From an uncultured Bacteroidia bacterium (GTDB taxonomy: Bacteria; Bacteroidota; Bacteroidia; Bacteroidales; F082), in contig CADAFC010000001.1 of assembly GCA_902787095.1 (NCBI GenBank), positions 9,537 to 73,536 of the forward strand: 64,000 bases of DNA. The letters are read 5' to 3'. The notes beneath the pieces were generated by a model. It ran no database searches, was not told the origin of the DNA, and saw only the letters and a program-made list of their open reading frames with translations. Positions 17,206 to 26,521 of this stretch are shown here, one piece after another. The position numbers and the translations under genes are program-made. How positions within the stretch are numbered: the stretch's first letter is position 1; the number at the start of each line of letters is the position of its first letter.

Positions 17206-19683
17206 CTATTTTCTCTTCAGGCTCCAGAGATGACGTCTATGGCTGTGTTTTTTCTTGTCTTTGTCTTCATCGTTGCCATAGCCGTAGCCATATCCGTAAC
17301 CATAGCCATAACCGTAGCCGTAGCCGTAACCATAGCCATAGCCGTAGCCATAGCCATAACCATAGCCATAATGTCCGTAATGGTTGTATTTCTCATAGTC
17401 GACGTCGTTAAGGAGAACCATCATGTTAGGGAACTCGTTATTGTCTTTGAGGTGTTGGATATCAGGAAGCATACGTTTGTCGACCAGACCAGAGCGTAGC
17501 ACGAACACAGACACGTCGGCCAGACGTTTGATGATAGTGGCATCTGCCAAGATTCCTGCCGGCACAGCGTCGATGATGATATAGTCGTAATTATCACGCA
17601 GCCAGGCCACCAGTGTGTCGAGACGGTCGCTTGAGAGAAGCTCTGACGGGTTTGGCGGCAATGAGCCCGATGGGATGCAGTCGACGCCGGCAGCCACCAT
17701 GTTTGGCACAATAATACTCTGGAAATCGTCGATTCTTCCCGACAGATAGTCGGAGGAGCCTTCACGATGACGCATACCGAATTTACGTGTCAGTGTACCC
17801 TTACGCAAGTCGAGGTCGAGCAGCACGACGCGTTTGTCGACCATTGCGAGGCTGGCCGACAGGTTGGAAGTGAGGAATGTCTTACCGGAGCTTTCCATCA
17901 GTGACAAGAACAGATAAGAAGTTGCTTTGTCCTTGCTTTTGCGAGTATATTCCATATTGCTTCGCAATATTCGGAACGCCTCGGAGATGGCATTTCTCTT
18001 CTTGCTGTCGACCACGATGAGACGGTCGTCTTTCTTGGAGTTGGTCGGAATTTCTCCCAAGAACGGTATGTCAAGATAATTCTCAACATCTTTGCGGAAG
18101 CGTATCTTTGTGTCGAGCATTTGTCTTAAGAAGAATATCACCATTGGGAACAATAATCCGAGGATGATGCCAGTCAATGTCATTTTTTTGACCTTAGGGG
18201 ATACCGGTTCCGGGTTTACTCGGGCTCTATCTATTATTCCTGCCTTGCCCTCGATGGATGGAGTGCTCATGAGCAATTCCTCTCTTCTTGTAAGAAGTGC
18301 AAGATAAAGACCTTCCTTAATACTTTGGACACGTGTTATATTATCGAGATATTGTTGACCGCTTGGGATGATGCTGATTTTTTCTCTGGCTTGTTTTTCC
18401 GCATTTTTCACAAGTTGGATTTTCTGCTGCATTGACACTATATATGAATCCAGAAGTTGGTTCAGATTGCTTTTCAGCGCAGCCAGTTCAAGTTGCATAG
18501 AGTGTACAACAGGATTGTTGGTGGTACCAGATTTATTATATTTATCAAGTTGAAGGACAAGCTGGTTAAAATCAGATATAGTTTGAATGATATTGTCATC
18601 ATTAACATCTATTGTCAGTGGGAATAGCCTGTTTTCCTCATTATCAGCTGTAAACTGTTTCAGATATGTTGCATGAGAGATCTGTGCCTTTAATCGTTCT
18701 TGTTCGTCGGCGGCATCTTTAATGGTAGCCATATATGCCTGTCCATAATCATCTATGTTAATAAGGAGGTTATCGCTTTTGAACGATGCTATTTCGTTTT
18801 CCTTGACACCCATTTCCTTGTCAAGTTGCACAATACGGTCGTTGATAAACTTGGATGTTTCAAGAATAACCCTTTGTTGTTCCTTTACTGAGTTCTGATT
18901 ATACACAGCCACCATAGTATTAAGGATGTCGGCAGCTCTTTCGGCGGATTTATCCCTAATTGAAAACTCAAGAATTCCTGCCGCATCTCTGCCGGTGTTA
19001 ATAGTTATAGCGTCTCTGTAATATGCGACCACGTCATAAATATTACGTCTTACCACATCAATTGTCGCTCCGATATAGCTTTCACGATACGCCCAAGTCG
19101 GCAAGACACAGATACGACCTATATTAGTGGTCGAAAGTGTGTCGCCAAGATGTCCCTCAACAACTGTCTCATCAGGAAACATCAGTGAGACGAGCGAGTC
19201 ATTTCCCAATACAACTGACAACCCGACATTATCACGCTCATTGATATCCAGGAACTGGACCTCGATTGGAGTATCTTGATATAAATCCTTTTTTCGTTTG
19301 ACGATCTTGGTTTCATACAGATATGTTGTATTAAGATTCAGCAGTTGCACGACCTCCAACATTGATGTTTCAGACTTCAAGATAATGATTTCGTCGTTCA
19401 GTGCTTTTGTCATGGCCCTGTCTCTGAGGCTCATTATCTGTTCCAGTTGCGACACCATTGTGTTTTGTGGAGTTTCGTAAATCTTAATTTTACCATGGCT
19501 TTCATAAACCCGGTCTGTTCTGTCACCGATATACCATGCGATGACACCGCCTATTGCCGCGCAAATAATCAGCCAGTGCAGATTATGGAGAATGGTGTAC
19601 ACGACATCCTTGAAAGACAATGCATTGGCATCTTTTTTATCAAGGAAGGAAAGGTCGTTGTTCTGATTGTTGTCTTGTGTCAT
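17206..19683 (-). CDS. wzc: Polysaccharide co-polymerase/tyrosine autokinase (Wzc/PCP-2a-like) with a (YG)16 C-terminal tail
   Basis: 825 aa with an N-terminal Wzz-like domain carrying two TM helices and a long coiled-coil periplasmic region. The C-terminal BY-kinase has Walker A (MESSGKTF), A' (VVLLDLDLRKG) and B (DYIIIDAVP) motifs and a Tyr-rich tail. Confidence 0.9.
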   Translation of the reverse strand: MTQDNNQNNDLSFLDKKDANALSFKDVVYTILHNLHWLIICAAIGGVIAWYIGDRTDRVYESHGKIKIYETPQNTMVSQLEQIMSLRDRAMTKALNDEIIILKSETSMLEVVQLLNLNTTYLYETKIVKRKKDLYQDTPIEVQFLDINERDNVGLSVVLGNDSLVSLMFPDETVVEGHLGDTLSTTNIGRICVLPTWAYRESYIGATIDVVRRNIYDVVAYYRDAITINTGRDAAGILEFSIRDKSAERAADILNTMVAVYNQNSVKEQQRVILETSKFINDRIVQLDKEMGVKENEIASFKSDNLLINIDDYGQAYMATIKDAADEQERLKAQISHATYLKQFTADNEENRLFPLTIDVNDDNIIQTISDFNQLVLQLDKYNKSGTTNNPVVHSMQLELAALKSNLNQLLDSYIVSMQQKIQLVKNAEKQAREKISIIPSGQQYLDNITRVQSIKEGLYLALLTRREELLMSTPSIEGKAGIIDRARVNPEPVSPKVKKMTLTGIILGLLFPMVIFFLRQMLDTKIRFRKDVENYLDIPFLGEIPTNSKKDDRLIVVDSKKRNAISEAFRILRSNMEYTRKSKDKATSYLFLSLMESSGKTFLTSNLSASLAMVDKRVVLLDLDLRKGTLTRKFGMRHREGSSDYLSGRIDDFQSIIVPNMVAAGVDCIPSGSLPPNPSELLSSDRLDTLVAWLRDNYDYIIIDAVPAGILADATIIKRLADVSVFVLRSGLVDKRMLPDIQHLKDNNEFPNMMVLLNDVDYEKYNHYGHYGYGYGYGYGYGYGYGYGYGYGYGYGYGYGYGNDEDKDKKKHSHRRHLWSLKRK
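17275..17370. repeat. Hexanucleotide microsatellite (RCC-RTA)x16 encoding (Tyr-Gly)16 of the Wzc tail
   Basis: I counted 16 consecutive 6-nt units (gccata/gccgta/accata/accgta/tccgta) directly in the sequence. On the minus strand they read TAY-GGN x16. Confidence 0.95.
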
Positions 19684-19697
19684 ATTTTATTGTTTTT

Positions 19698-20477
19698 TTA
19701 TTTGGCAAGGAGAATTAATGCTGTTAATAATGAGGCTATGGATGATACATAACCGATTACTGTCAGGAGCTGGCTTGTTGATTCCATAAAGTTCTTATAT
19801 GCACGGTCGCGAGTAATAATGAAGTCGTTTTGTTGGAGCATATAGAACGGGTCTTCAAACACTTTTGAGTCGCGCGGGTCGAGATAACGCATCACCATTT
19901 TGCCGTCGACCTCGCGCAGAACCGCGATTTTGTTACGGTTGGTGAATACGTTGAGGTCGCCCGACATGGCCAAGGCCTCCAAGAAAGTACAACGCTCATT
20001 GTCTATGGTTATTGCCCTGCCTCCGTTAGAACCCAGGAAAAATATCTTGAAGTTTTGGAAGCGCACCATGACGAATGGATCGCTAAGATATCCGCCATCT
20101 ACAAGCAGGTTGGTAATATGTTCCTGTAATTTAAGTCGAGTCAAGCCGCCAACATGAATAGTGCCCAACACTGGAAATTCTATATTACCAGATTGATCCA
20201 CCAGGTAGCCAATACGGCGGTTGTTGCCATAAACATTAGAATACTGGCCTACATCAAGATTAAAAGGTTTAGCCAGCAACTCGTCGGAGCACGACACTAT
20301 GATAGTCAATTCGTCATAAGGACTTATCACTGCTTCAAACTTGTTTTCCAGTTCAATTTGTGTACCATTTTCCATATCCTGCAAGTATGCCACCTGTTTG
20401 GTGGTGACGCAGGAATTCAGCATAAGTGTTATTGCTGTAATGACAAAACAAATGTAAAGTAATCTTTTTGTACGCAT
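19698..20477 (-). CDS. wza: Polysaccharide export outer-membrane protein (Wza/OPX family)
   Basis: 259 aa with a lipoprotein-type signal (LMLNSCV). It has a Poly_export-like N-domain and an SLBB-like domain (FFLGSNGGRAITIDNERCTFLEALAMSGDL). It is adjacent to wzc. Confidence 0.85.
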   Translation of the reverse strand: MRTKRLLYICFVITAITLMLNSCVTTKQVAYLQDMENGTQIELENKFEAVISPYDELTIIVSCSDELLAKPFNLDVGQYSNVYGNNRRIGYLVDQSGNIEFPVLGTIHVGGLTRLKLQEHITNLLVDGGYLSDPFVMVRFQNFKIFFLGSNGGRAITIDNERCTFLEALAMSGDLNVFTNRNKIAVLREVDGKMVMRYLDPRDSKVFEDPFYMLQQNDFIITRDRAYKNFMESTSQLLTVIGYVSSIASLLTALILLAK

Positions 20478-20484
20478 ATAGATT

Positions 20485-21582
20485 TTATTTAAAATTCAAT
20501 TGATAATCAGGGTTTTGTTTCATAATATCTCGGCTTTCGGGATAGTTTTCGATGAACCATGTCAGGAATTTGGCATAATCAATCTTCTCGGAGAGCATTT
20601 TTTGGCGACGTTGGGCGCAAACTTCCTTGCGGTCAGGTGTATCGAGCCAACGCTGGATAGATGCTATGAAGCCTTCGGCGTCATTTGTTTTGTGTCCGAA
20701 TCCGAGCTGATATATGTTTTCAAGCTCGTTCAGGTATGAAAGGCGTCCCACGAAGTCGTTGAAACGCACGAATGGCACGCCCAGCACTCCGGCCTCAGCC
20801 GCCATTGTCTGGCTATCGCCTATGTATAATGAGGCGAACGCCATAACATGATGCATATCCAGTGGATTAATTTTGATTCGATATTGCTCAAACTGAGGCT
20901 CCAAAGGACGTTCCGAGGTGATATATACGGGGCCTTCTTTGCTTACCATATCAAGGATGCGCTGTGCTATTTCGGTGTTGATACCGTGTATTCCCACATC
21001 GTGATGTGCGGTCAATTGGGCAAAACGGATCAGAGTGTATGGTTTAGTTGTATCGATGCCATATTGTTCCACTTTTGCTTTATCAGGCTCAAACTGGTTA
21101 GGATGCAGGTAGCCAAGCTCATGATATGACTTATATCCAATCTTTTTCTTATCCCATTTCCATGCGCTACAGCAGTCGGGACAGATGACGCCTGTGTAGA
21201 AAGGGAAGAACATCTTCGCATAGAGAGAAATTGCCTCTGCGTCATCTTCCGAGCACTCGAAAGCCGGTTTTCGCATCAGTTTTCCGACATAGGCTAAGAC
21301 GCCGTCAGAGCCTACAAGGATATCGGGATGCTCACGGCGAGCGATTTTCCATGTCTCCAAAGTCTTTCCCATCAGCGAGAAACCCAGCCCAAGCAGGCCA
21401 AAGCGTTTAGGTCGGTCTTTCACCTTGTAAAATGTCATTCCGGCGTTCTGGCAAAGGCTTTCCAGCACGTCTTTAGGACGAATCACGACAACCACCTCAT
21501 GACCGTCGCGACGCAAATTGTCAATCGTATACCGGAACATATGGAAATGTGCCGGATGCGATATCATAAAAAGAATCTTCAT
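20485..21582 (-). CDS. DUF354 family protein (GT-B/epimerase-like fold)
   Basis: 365 aa. The N-terminus MKILFMISHPAHFHMFRYTIDNLRRDGHEV is typical of DUF354. Confidence 0.65.
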   Translation of the reverse strand: MKILFMISHPAHFHMFRYTIDNLRRDGHEVVVVIRPKDVLESLCQNAGMTFYKVKDRPKRFGLLGLGFSLMGKTLETWKIARREHPDILVGSDGVLAYVGKLMRKPAFECSEDDAEAISLYAKMFFPFYTGVICPDCCSAWKWDKKKIGYKSYHELGYLHPNQFEPDKAKVEQYGIDTTKPYTLIRFAQLTAHHDVGIHGINTEIAQRILDMVSKEGPVYITSERPLEPQFEQYRIKINPLDMHHVMAFASLYIGDSQTMAAEAGVLGVPFVRFNDFVGRLSYLNELENIYQLGFGHKTNDAEGFIASIQRWLDTPDRKEVCAQRRQKMLSEKIDYAKFLTWFIENYPESRDIMKQNPDYQLNFK

Positions 21583-22529
21583 TGTTTGTTAAAATATGTA
21601 GGCACCATCAAAAGATGGTTGACAAGTTTTTCGGCATTAGGGCATTGGCCTTGGATATAACCAAATTCCTTCGCCCAATTAATTGAATTGGCGAAGTGTG
21701 TGTCGGTGTCAATGCCTTTTTTCCCATATAACTCCTGTTCTTCTTTAGGATTTTCACAATAAATAACCTGCATAAAGGCAGCACGGGGCACCACTTTGTC
21801 TTTCTCAGCTGAATATATGTTACTTATTCCGCGGCACATTTTCATCGGGTTGATGGGGCTCCTCCCCGACTTGACGGGGCGTTTGCGTTTCATCGGCAAA
21901 GTCAGCCAGCCATAAACCATACGTTTATTCAAAACCGCCATTCCAAGAAGCTTTATAAAGAGCTTTGTCTTTTGGCAACAAGAATAATCCGGTAATTTTT
22001 CATAATCTGTTTTTATTTTTTGTAAATATTTGTCATTAAGAACTTTAAGTATTCCGCCGTCACCTATTGAAGGATGTTTGCCTTGTCCGATGCTGAACAC
22101 TGCGAAATCGCCGTAAATATTGTCCAAACCATAAGCATGGGCGCAGTCCTCGATGACAAGCATATCGGGACACGTCTTTTTGATAGCCTCCACGTCGTTA
22201 ACCATTCCGAAGAGGTGTGTCACCACGATGGCTGACATGTCATTGGCTTTACGTTTAAAATCCTCTAAGTCGAGCTTCAAGTCGTCGTTCACATCAATGA
22301 AAACCATTCTTAGTCCAGCCTGTTCCACTGCATTGGCGACGGTATGGCAGTTGTAAACCATCACTCCGACGCCGCAGTTTTCGGGCAGTCCTGCGGCTTT
22401 CAGCGCGAGCAGGATACCACATCGGGCATGATTCAGCAGAAACTCGTTTTCGGCTGGTGAATAAGGCTTTCCGAACCAGAATTCTTTTTGGTAACGCAGC
22501 GGAAACTCTATTTGAAGACGCGGGATCAT
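21579..22529 (-). CDS. Short DegT/DnrJ/EryC1/StrS-like PLP enzyme (aminotransferase-like)
   Basis: 316 aa. It matches the DegT core pattern (CHTVANAVEQAGLRMVFIDVNDD..., VTHLFGMV, VIEDCAHAYG, FSIGQGKHPSIGDGG with a candidate PLP lysine). It is shorter than canonical members. Confidence 0.65.
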   Translation of the reverse strand: MIPRLQIEFPLRYQKEFWFGKPYSPAENEFLLNHARCGILLALKAAGLPENCGVGVMVYNCHTVANAVEQAGLRMVFIDVNDDLKLDLEDFKRKANDMSAIVVTHLFGMVNDVEAIKKTCPDMLVIEDCAHAYGLDNIYGDFAVFSIGQGKHPSIGDGGILKVLNDKYLQKIKTDYEKLPDYSCCQKTKLFIKLLGMAVLNKRMVYGWLTLPMKRKRPVKSGRSPINPMKMCRGISNIYSAEKDKVVPRAAFMQVIYCENPKEEQELYGKKGIDTDTHFANSINWAKEFGYIQGQCPNAEKLVNHLLMVPTYFNKQ

Positions 22530-23455
22530 TACTTTTTCAGGATTTTCACGGCCATTTCCCCGAGTTTATACAAAGGTTTGTTGCAGATATATTTAAATCT
22601 GCCGTATTCCACCAGATTGCCGCCGAATTTGGCTTTGAACTCGCGCACTCCATAGCCGCCGTCGCCGGGGGCGCCGGCGCCCATCATGTCGAATGTTTTT
22701 AATCCGTTGTCAACAGCGAACTGAATGCCGTAGTATGTGGCTACAGTGGAAGGAAAGATATTGTTATAGACGCCGTCTTTACCGCAGGCGAACCACTCGT
22801 AAAGCGTTTCATCGTCATGGATGCACAAGGTGCCGCCTATTATTTCGTCGTTGTATTTTACCAAAATGAACTTTGAGAAATCGGATTCCCATAATTTTAT
22901 GAAGAACTCTTTCGGGAAGAGTGGCGTTTTCACTTTATTCTTATAAAGATTCTTCAAAATATGATAAAATTCCGTCACTTCAGCCTCGGTCGGGTCGCAT
23001 GTTATTGTCACGCCATGTTTGATGGAGGTGTTGACATCCCTTTTACGGCTCTTGCCCATGTGTGAATCCACGATTTCTTTATTGCTTGTATCCACCAGGA
23101 AATCGTAATGAGGCTCATAAGCGAAACCCATTTTCTCGAATATCGGACGGACGTGTGAATAATCCGCGAAATTGCGTGTTTCGATATATATCGCTTTATG
23201 TTTAAGGCCGTCGGCACATTGTTTCAGAAGAGTTTCAAGTTCTGTGCCGCTGATATCGTCTGCCAGCCACGGGCCTCCGTTGATTATTGCCCGACGTGAG
23301 AAGAATCTCTTCAGCAAGCCGCCTTCTTTTTGGACAAACCCTTGAATCACACCGACTTCCTTACCAGAACGCTCCACTGAGAAACGGAAAGGCTCCAAGA
23401 ATCCTGTAGACTCCAGGAAACTATAAAACTCTTGTTTTTGGAAAACAGACTTCAT
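22529..23455 (-). CDS. FemAB-like / GNAT-fold acyl(aminoacyl)transferase
   Basis: 308 aa. The overall pattern resembles FemAB-family proteins found in EPS loci (two GNAT-like halves, C-terminal FDMMGAGAPGDGGYGVREFKAKFGG). No search was run. Confidence 0.55.
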   Translation of the reverse strand: MKSVFQKQEFYSFLESTGFLEPFRFSVERSGKEVGVIQGFVQKEGGLLKRFFSRRAIINGGPWLADDISGTELETLLKQCADGLKHKAIYIETRNFADYSHVRPIFEKMGFAYEPHYDFLVDTSNKEIVDSHMGKSRKRDVNTSIKHGVTITCDPTEAEVTEFYHILKNLYKNKVKTPLFPKEFFIKLWESDFSKFILVKYNDEIIGGTLCIHDDETLYEWFACGKDGVYNNIFPSTVATYYGIQFAVDNGLKTFDMMGAGAPGDGGYGVREFKAKFGGNLVEYGRFKYICNKPLYKLGEMAVKILKK

Positions 23456-24378
23456 CGGTTTGCAGTTACTACGCTATAAATATTTTTCAATTTCAAGGCT
23501 ATCGCGTCATTTGTAAGGCCATCATGCGTGATAGCGTCTCTCCCGTTTGTTCTCCTGCCGTATGACAGGGCATTTTTGAGTGCAAGTGCCAGTTTGTCGG
23601 CGTCTCTTTCAGTCACGAGACAGCCTTCAACGTCTTTGACACGTTCTTTCACGTCGCCCACGTCGACACTCACTATCGGGCAGCCGCATGCGAGCGCTTC
23701 TTTGATGACTTGTGGCGATCCTTCGGTGACAGATGTCATCAATAAGGCATCGGCAGCCTGCATCAGCAAGGCGACTTGTTGTCGGGTATAGCCTTTCAAT
23801 TCAAGCAGCTGCACGTTTTCATCGTTCAACAAGGCGACTGTTGCTTTTGCCAGAGGCGCATTTTTCACTGTGTTATCGTAAGCGCCTGCGAAAAGAACGT
23901 ATTTTTTATCTGGTTGTAATCCCATTTGCACGCGAGCCTCGGCTTTTTCGACTATTGGATAATCATCCAAATTTATTCCGCAAGGAATGAGGGCGTAATT
24001 GTTCTTAGGCTTGGCTATATCGATGATTTTCTGTGACACGAAGACATTATAAGCCGATAACCGGATAGCTATTTTCGACAATCTCAAAACAGGTTTCTCG
24101 TTGATGTCGCTCCCGTGGTATGTTGTCACCACAGGCTTGCGACGTTGCAGATTGGCAAGCAGACCGCAGAGACCATAGTGGGCGTGCACTACATCAGGTT
24201 TGAACTCTTTGATTACCCGTCTCAGTTCGGGCAGTTGCTTCAGATAACCTGTTATTCCTTTGCTACGCACCGGGAAGCAGCGGCATTCCACTCCTGTTTT
24301 TTCCAGCGCTGCGACCTGCTCTGTCACAAAGGGGGCGAAGCCGCGCTCTTTATATCGTGCTATAATTAAAACTCTCAT
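23452..24378 (-). CDS. GT-B glycosyltransferase (GT4-like)
   Basis: 308 aa with an N-terminal RVLIIARY..., HAHYGL, and a C-terminal E-x7-E-like region (SVTEGSPQVIKEALACGCPIVSVDVG). Confidence 0.8.
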   Translation of the reverse strand: MRVLIIARYKERGFAPFVTEQVAALEKTGVECRCFPVRSKGITGYLKQLPELRRVIKEFKPDVVHAHYGLCGLLANLQRRKPVVTTYHGSDINEKPVLRLSKIAIRLSAYNVFVSQKIIDIAKPKNNYALIPCGINLDDYPIVEKAEARVQMGLQPDKKYVLFAGAYDNTVKNAPLAKATVALLNDENVQLLELKGYTRQQVALLMQAADALLMTSVTEGSPQVIKEALACGCPIVSVDVGDVKERVKDVEGCLVTERDADKLALALKNALSYGRRTNGRDAITHDGLTNDAIALKLKNIYSVVTANR

Positions 24379-25784
24379 TAGAACAATCCGCGGCTGCCGA
24401 GTTTGAAATATGCCCAGCCGACCTCCATAACCACCACCACATAAAACCAGTAGTGCATCATGCGGTAGTTTTTAGCGTTAAGTTGAGAAATGCCGTAAGC
24501 CCACATTGGGATAAGGCCAGCCAATCCAGGAAGCAGAAAACGTTCAGAATTACTGAATCCACTAATGGAGATGACGCCCAGATATGCGATAGTAAACGAT
24601 CCTATCAACGCAAAATCCCTCCATTTTTTCTGTCTGATGGCCTCATAAATTGCCAATATAGCGAAGAAAGCCATAAAATTACGCACGAAGTTGCCTCCAT
24701 GCTTGGTCATCTGGTTTTCCTGGCCTTCAACCTCAATCATTGTGGAGAACGGCAGAGCCACAATCATTGGTGCCATCACGGTACCTGTGGCATAATGTGC
24801 CCATTGGTTGCCCAGACCGGTTTGTTCCATCCTCTTTCTTTCAACATTTGAAGATTTATTCTCCCAAAGTTCCTCAACCTCGGTGACAGCTGTACCACCG
24901 GTAGCCAAAACCAATGCAAATACGCTCCATCCTATAATAGCCGTTCGTTTCCATCCACGTCTCATGGTTGGAGAAACCGAAAACAACGTACTTGTCGCAA
25001 ATGCGAACACTGCCGCAAGTCCCAACACGGTTCGGAAAAAGAACAAGATTCCGGCCAGTAGTATTGGAACCATGATATTCAAAAAATTATATTTTCTGAT
25101 ACGTAACAGATAATCCATACGTTCAAGGAATGCCACCTCAAGGAATATCATTTCGATTTCTTTAAGATGATAGCCACAATAAATTATCATATTTGGCATA
25201 AGGGCGCACATCAAACCTGCCATACGGCCAGTACTCTCCTCAAATGTTCTGGCGGATAACTTGTATATCAGGACTGCTGTCCATGCACCGATAAAAGCTT
25301 TTATTATACGCGGAACCATTACATGTACGCCAAACATTTTGTAAATCATCGTTAAATACAAAGGATAGCCCGCATCTGAGATTCCAACAGCTTTTGCCCC
25401 GAAGCAGCGGTCAAATATTTCTCCCCATGGCAAGTAATAGAACCATGATGCCTGATAATGATAACCTGTTGCATCTCTCGCGTCTTTATCAAATTCTGTA
25501 CCTGTCGTTTCGATATAATAGTAATATGATGCTACGACCCAGATCAATCTCAAACCCAAGGCTACTCCAAAAAGCATTTTTACAAATTGATCCTCATTCA
25601 TGCGTTTCCATCTGACACTCCAAACCGAGGTAAGATTGAAAAAGCCCGCTACAAACACGAAACCGAGTGCGATATACATCAACGACATGGAGTGGCTAAA
25701 GAACACCATCGACACAAGCGCGACTGACACACCATACGTCAGAAGAGCACGATTAGCTATTTGTTGTGGAAAAAAAGGAACCAT
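24378..25784 (-). CDS. Polytopic membrane protein, GT-C-like (ArnT/PMT-like) or polymerase-like
   Basis: About 468 aa with at least 10 hydrophobic helices and an acidic/aromatic first loop (FDKDARDATGYHYQASW). The start is set at ATG 25784 (MVPFFPQQ), just after the upstream stop at 25790. Function is uncertain. Confidence 0.5.
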   Translation of the reverse strand: MVPFFPQQIANRALLTYGVSVALVSMVFFSHSMSLMYIALGFVFVAGFFNLTSVWSVRWKRMNEDQFVKMLFGVALGLRLIWVVASYYYYIETTGTEFDKDARDATGYHYQASWFYYLPWGEIFDRCFGAKAVGISDAGYPLYLTMIYKMFGVHVMVPRIIKAFIGAWTAVLIYKLSARTFEESTGRMAGLMCALMPNMIIYCGYHLKEIEMIFLEVAFLERMDYLLRIRKYNFLNIMVPILLAGILFFFRTVLGLAAVFAFATSTLFSVSPTMRRGWKRTAIIGWSVFALVLATGGTAVTEVEELWENKSSNVERKRMEQTGLGNQWAHYATGTVMAPMIVALPFSTMIEVEGQENQMTKHGGNFVRNFMAFFAILAIYEAIRQKKWRDFALIGSFTIAYLGVISISGFSNSERFLLPGLAGLIPMWAYGISQLNAKNYRMMHYWFYVVVVMEVGWAYFKLGSRGLF

Positions 25785-25789
25785 TGAGT

Positions 25790-26509
25790 TTATCCAAAAA
25801 GTTTTCGTTTTATTTTTATAAGCCTTGGCAACATCTTTGGTCCGACTACTTTGGCTATTATATTTTTCCAGCTTCGGGAGGAGTCGTCCCATGAACTCAT
25901 TCCCAGATGGTCGCAATAGGTGTTGTCGGTGCGAATATACTCACCGGTGGTTTGTCGAGGGCTGAACCACTCCACCGGTAAGATGTGAAGGTCTTCATAA
26001 TCCTGTTCCTTGCCGTCTTGGACGAAGCCGTTCTCACACATTTTTGCGGAGATGAATTGGACATTTGTAGACATGTCAAATGAGCCATCAGGCTTTATAA
26101 AATGCCTATCACAATAATTTTCAAGTTGTTCACTCACCCACAAGCCATGCGCCTCGCTTGCCATCACACATGTGCCAAGGGGCGTATATTTGCTGCCTTC
26201 AAAGCCGGCGAAAGCTGAAAAATGCAGCAAATCATCAAATGATTTGAACACTTCCACGTCGGTGTCAAGATAAACACCACCCTCATTACACAAGGCCCAT
26301 AATCTGACATAGTCGCTCACAAAGGCAAACTTACCGGCTTCATAGGCTTCTTTGGCATATTCGTTTGTGTTTACATCGAAGTTGTCCTCATTCCAAAGCT
26401 TATACTCCCAATCAGGCATATATTTATGCCATGACGCGACACATTTTTGAGCTAATTCAGGCATTTCACCGCGACCAAACCAGCAATAATGGATAATTCT
26501 TGGAATCAT
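25790..26509 (-). CDS. GT32 family glycosyltransferase (DXD sugar-binding region)
   Basis: 239 aa with an N-terminal IPRIIHYCWFG and VSDYVRLWALCNEGGVYLDTDVEV. Confidence 0.8.
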   Translation of the reverse strand: MIPRIIHYCWFGRGEMPELAQKCVASWHKYMPDWEYKLWNEDNFDVNTNEYAKEAYEAGKFAFVSDYVRLWALCNEGGVYLDTDVEVFKSFDDLLHFSAFAGFEGSKYTPLGTCVMASEAHGLWVSEQLENYCDRHFIKPDGSFDMSTNVQFISAKMCENGFVQDGKEQDYEDLHILPVEWFSPRQTTGEYIRTDNTYCDHLGMSSWDDSSRSWKNIIAKVVGPKMLPRLIKIKRKLFG

Positions 26510-26521
26510 GTTTAAACAAAA

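Noticed and set aside
17275-17370. Possible CRISPR-like or regulatory tandem repeat
   Set aside because: The unit is 6 nt with no spacers, and the repeat is in frame inside a coding sequence. It is a coding microsatellite, not a CRISPR array.
17070-17499. Plus-strand ORFs with striking SHSR/NHSH and AIAV/AVTI repeats
   Set aside because: These are simply the antisense and other-frame translations of the (YG)16 hexanucleotide repeat in wzc. They are not separate genes.
21434-21446. Possible fourth copy of the GTCATTCCG repeat head (gtcattccggcg) inside the DUF354 gene
   Set aside because: Only the 9-nt head matches, and there is no tail motif or inverted partner. This is most likely chance.
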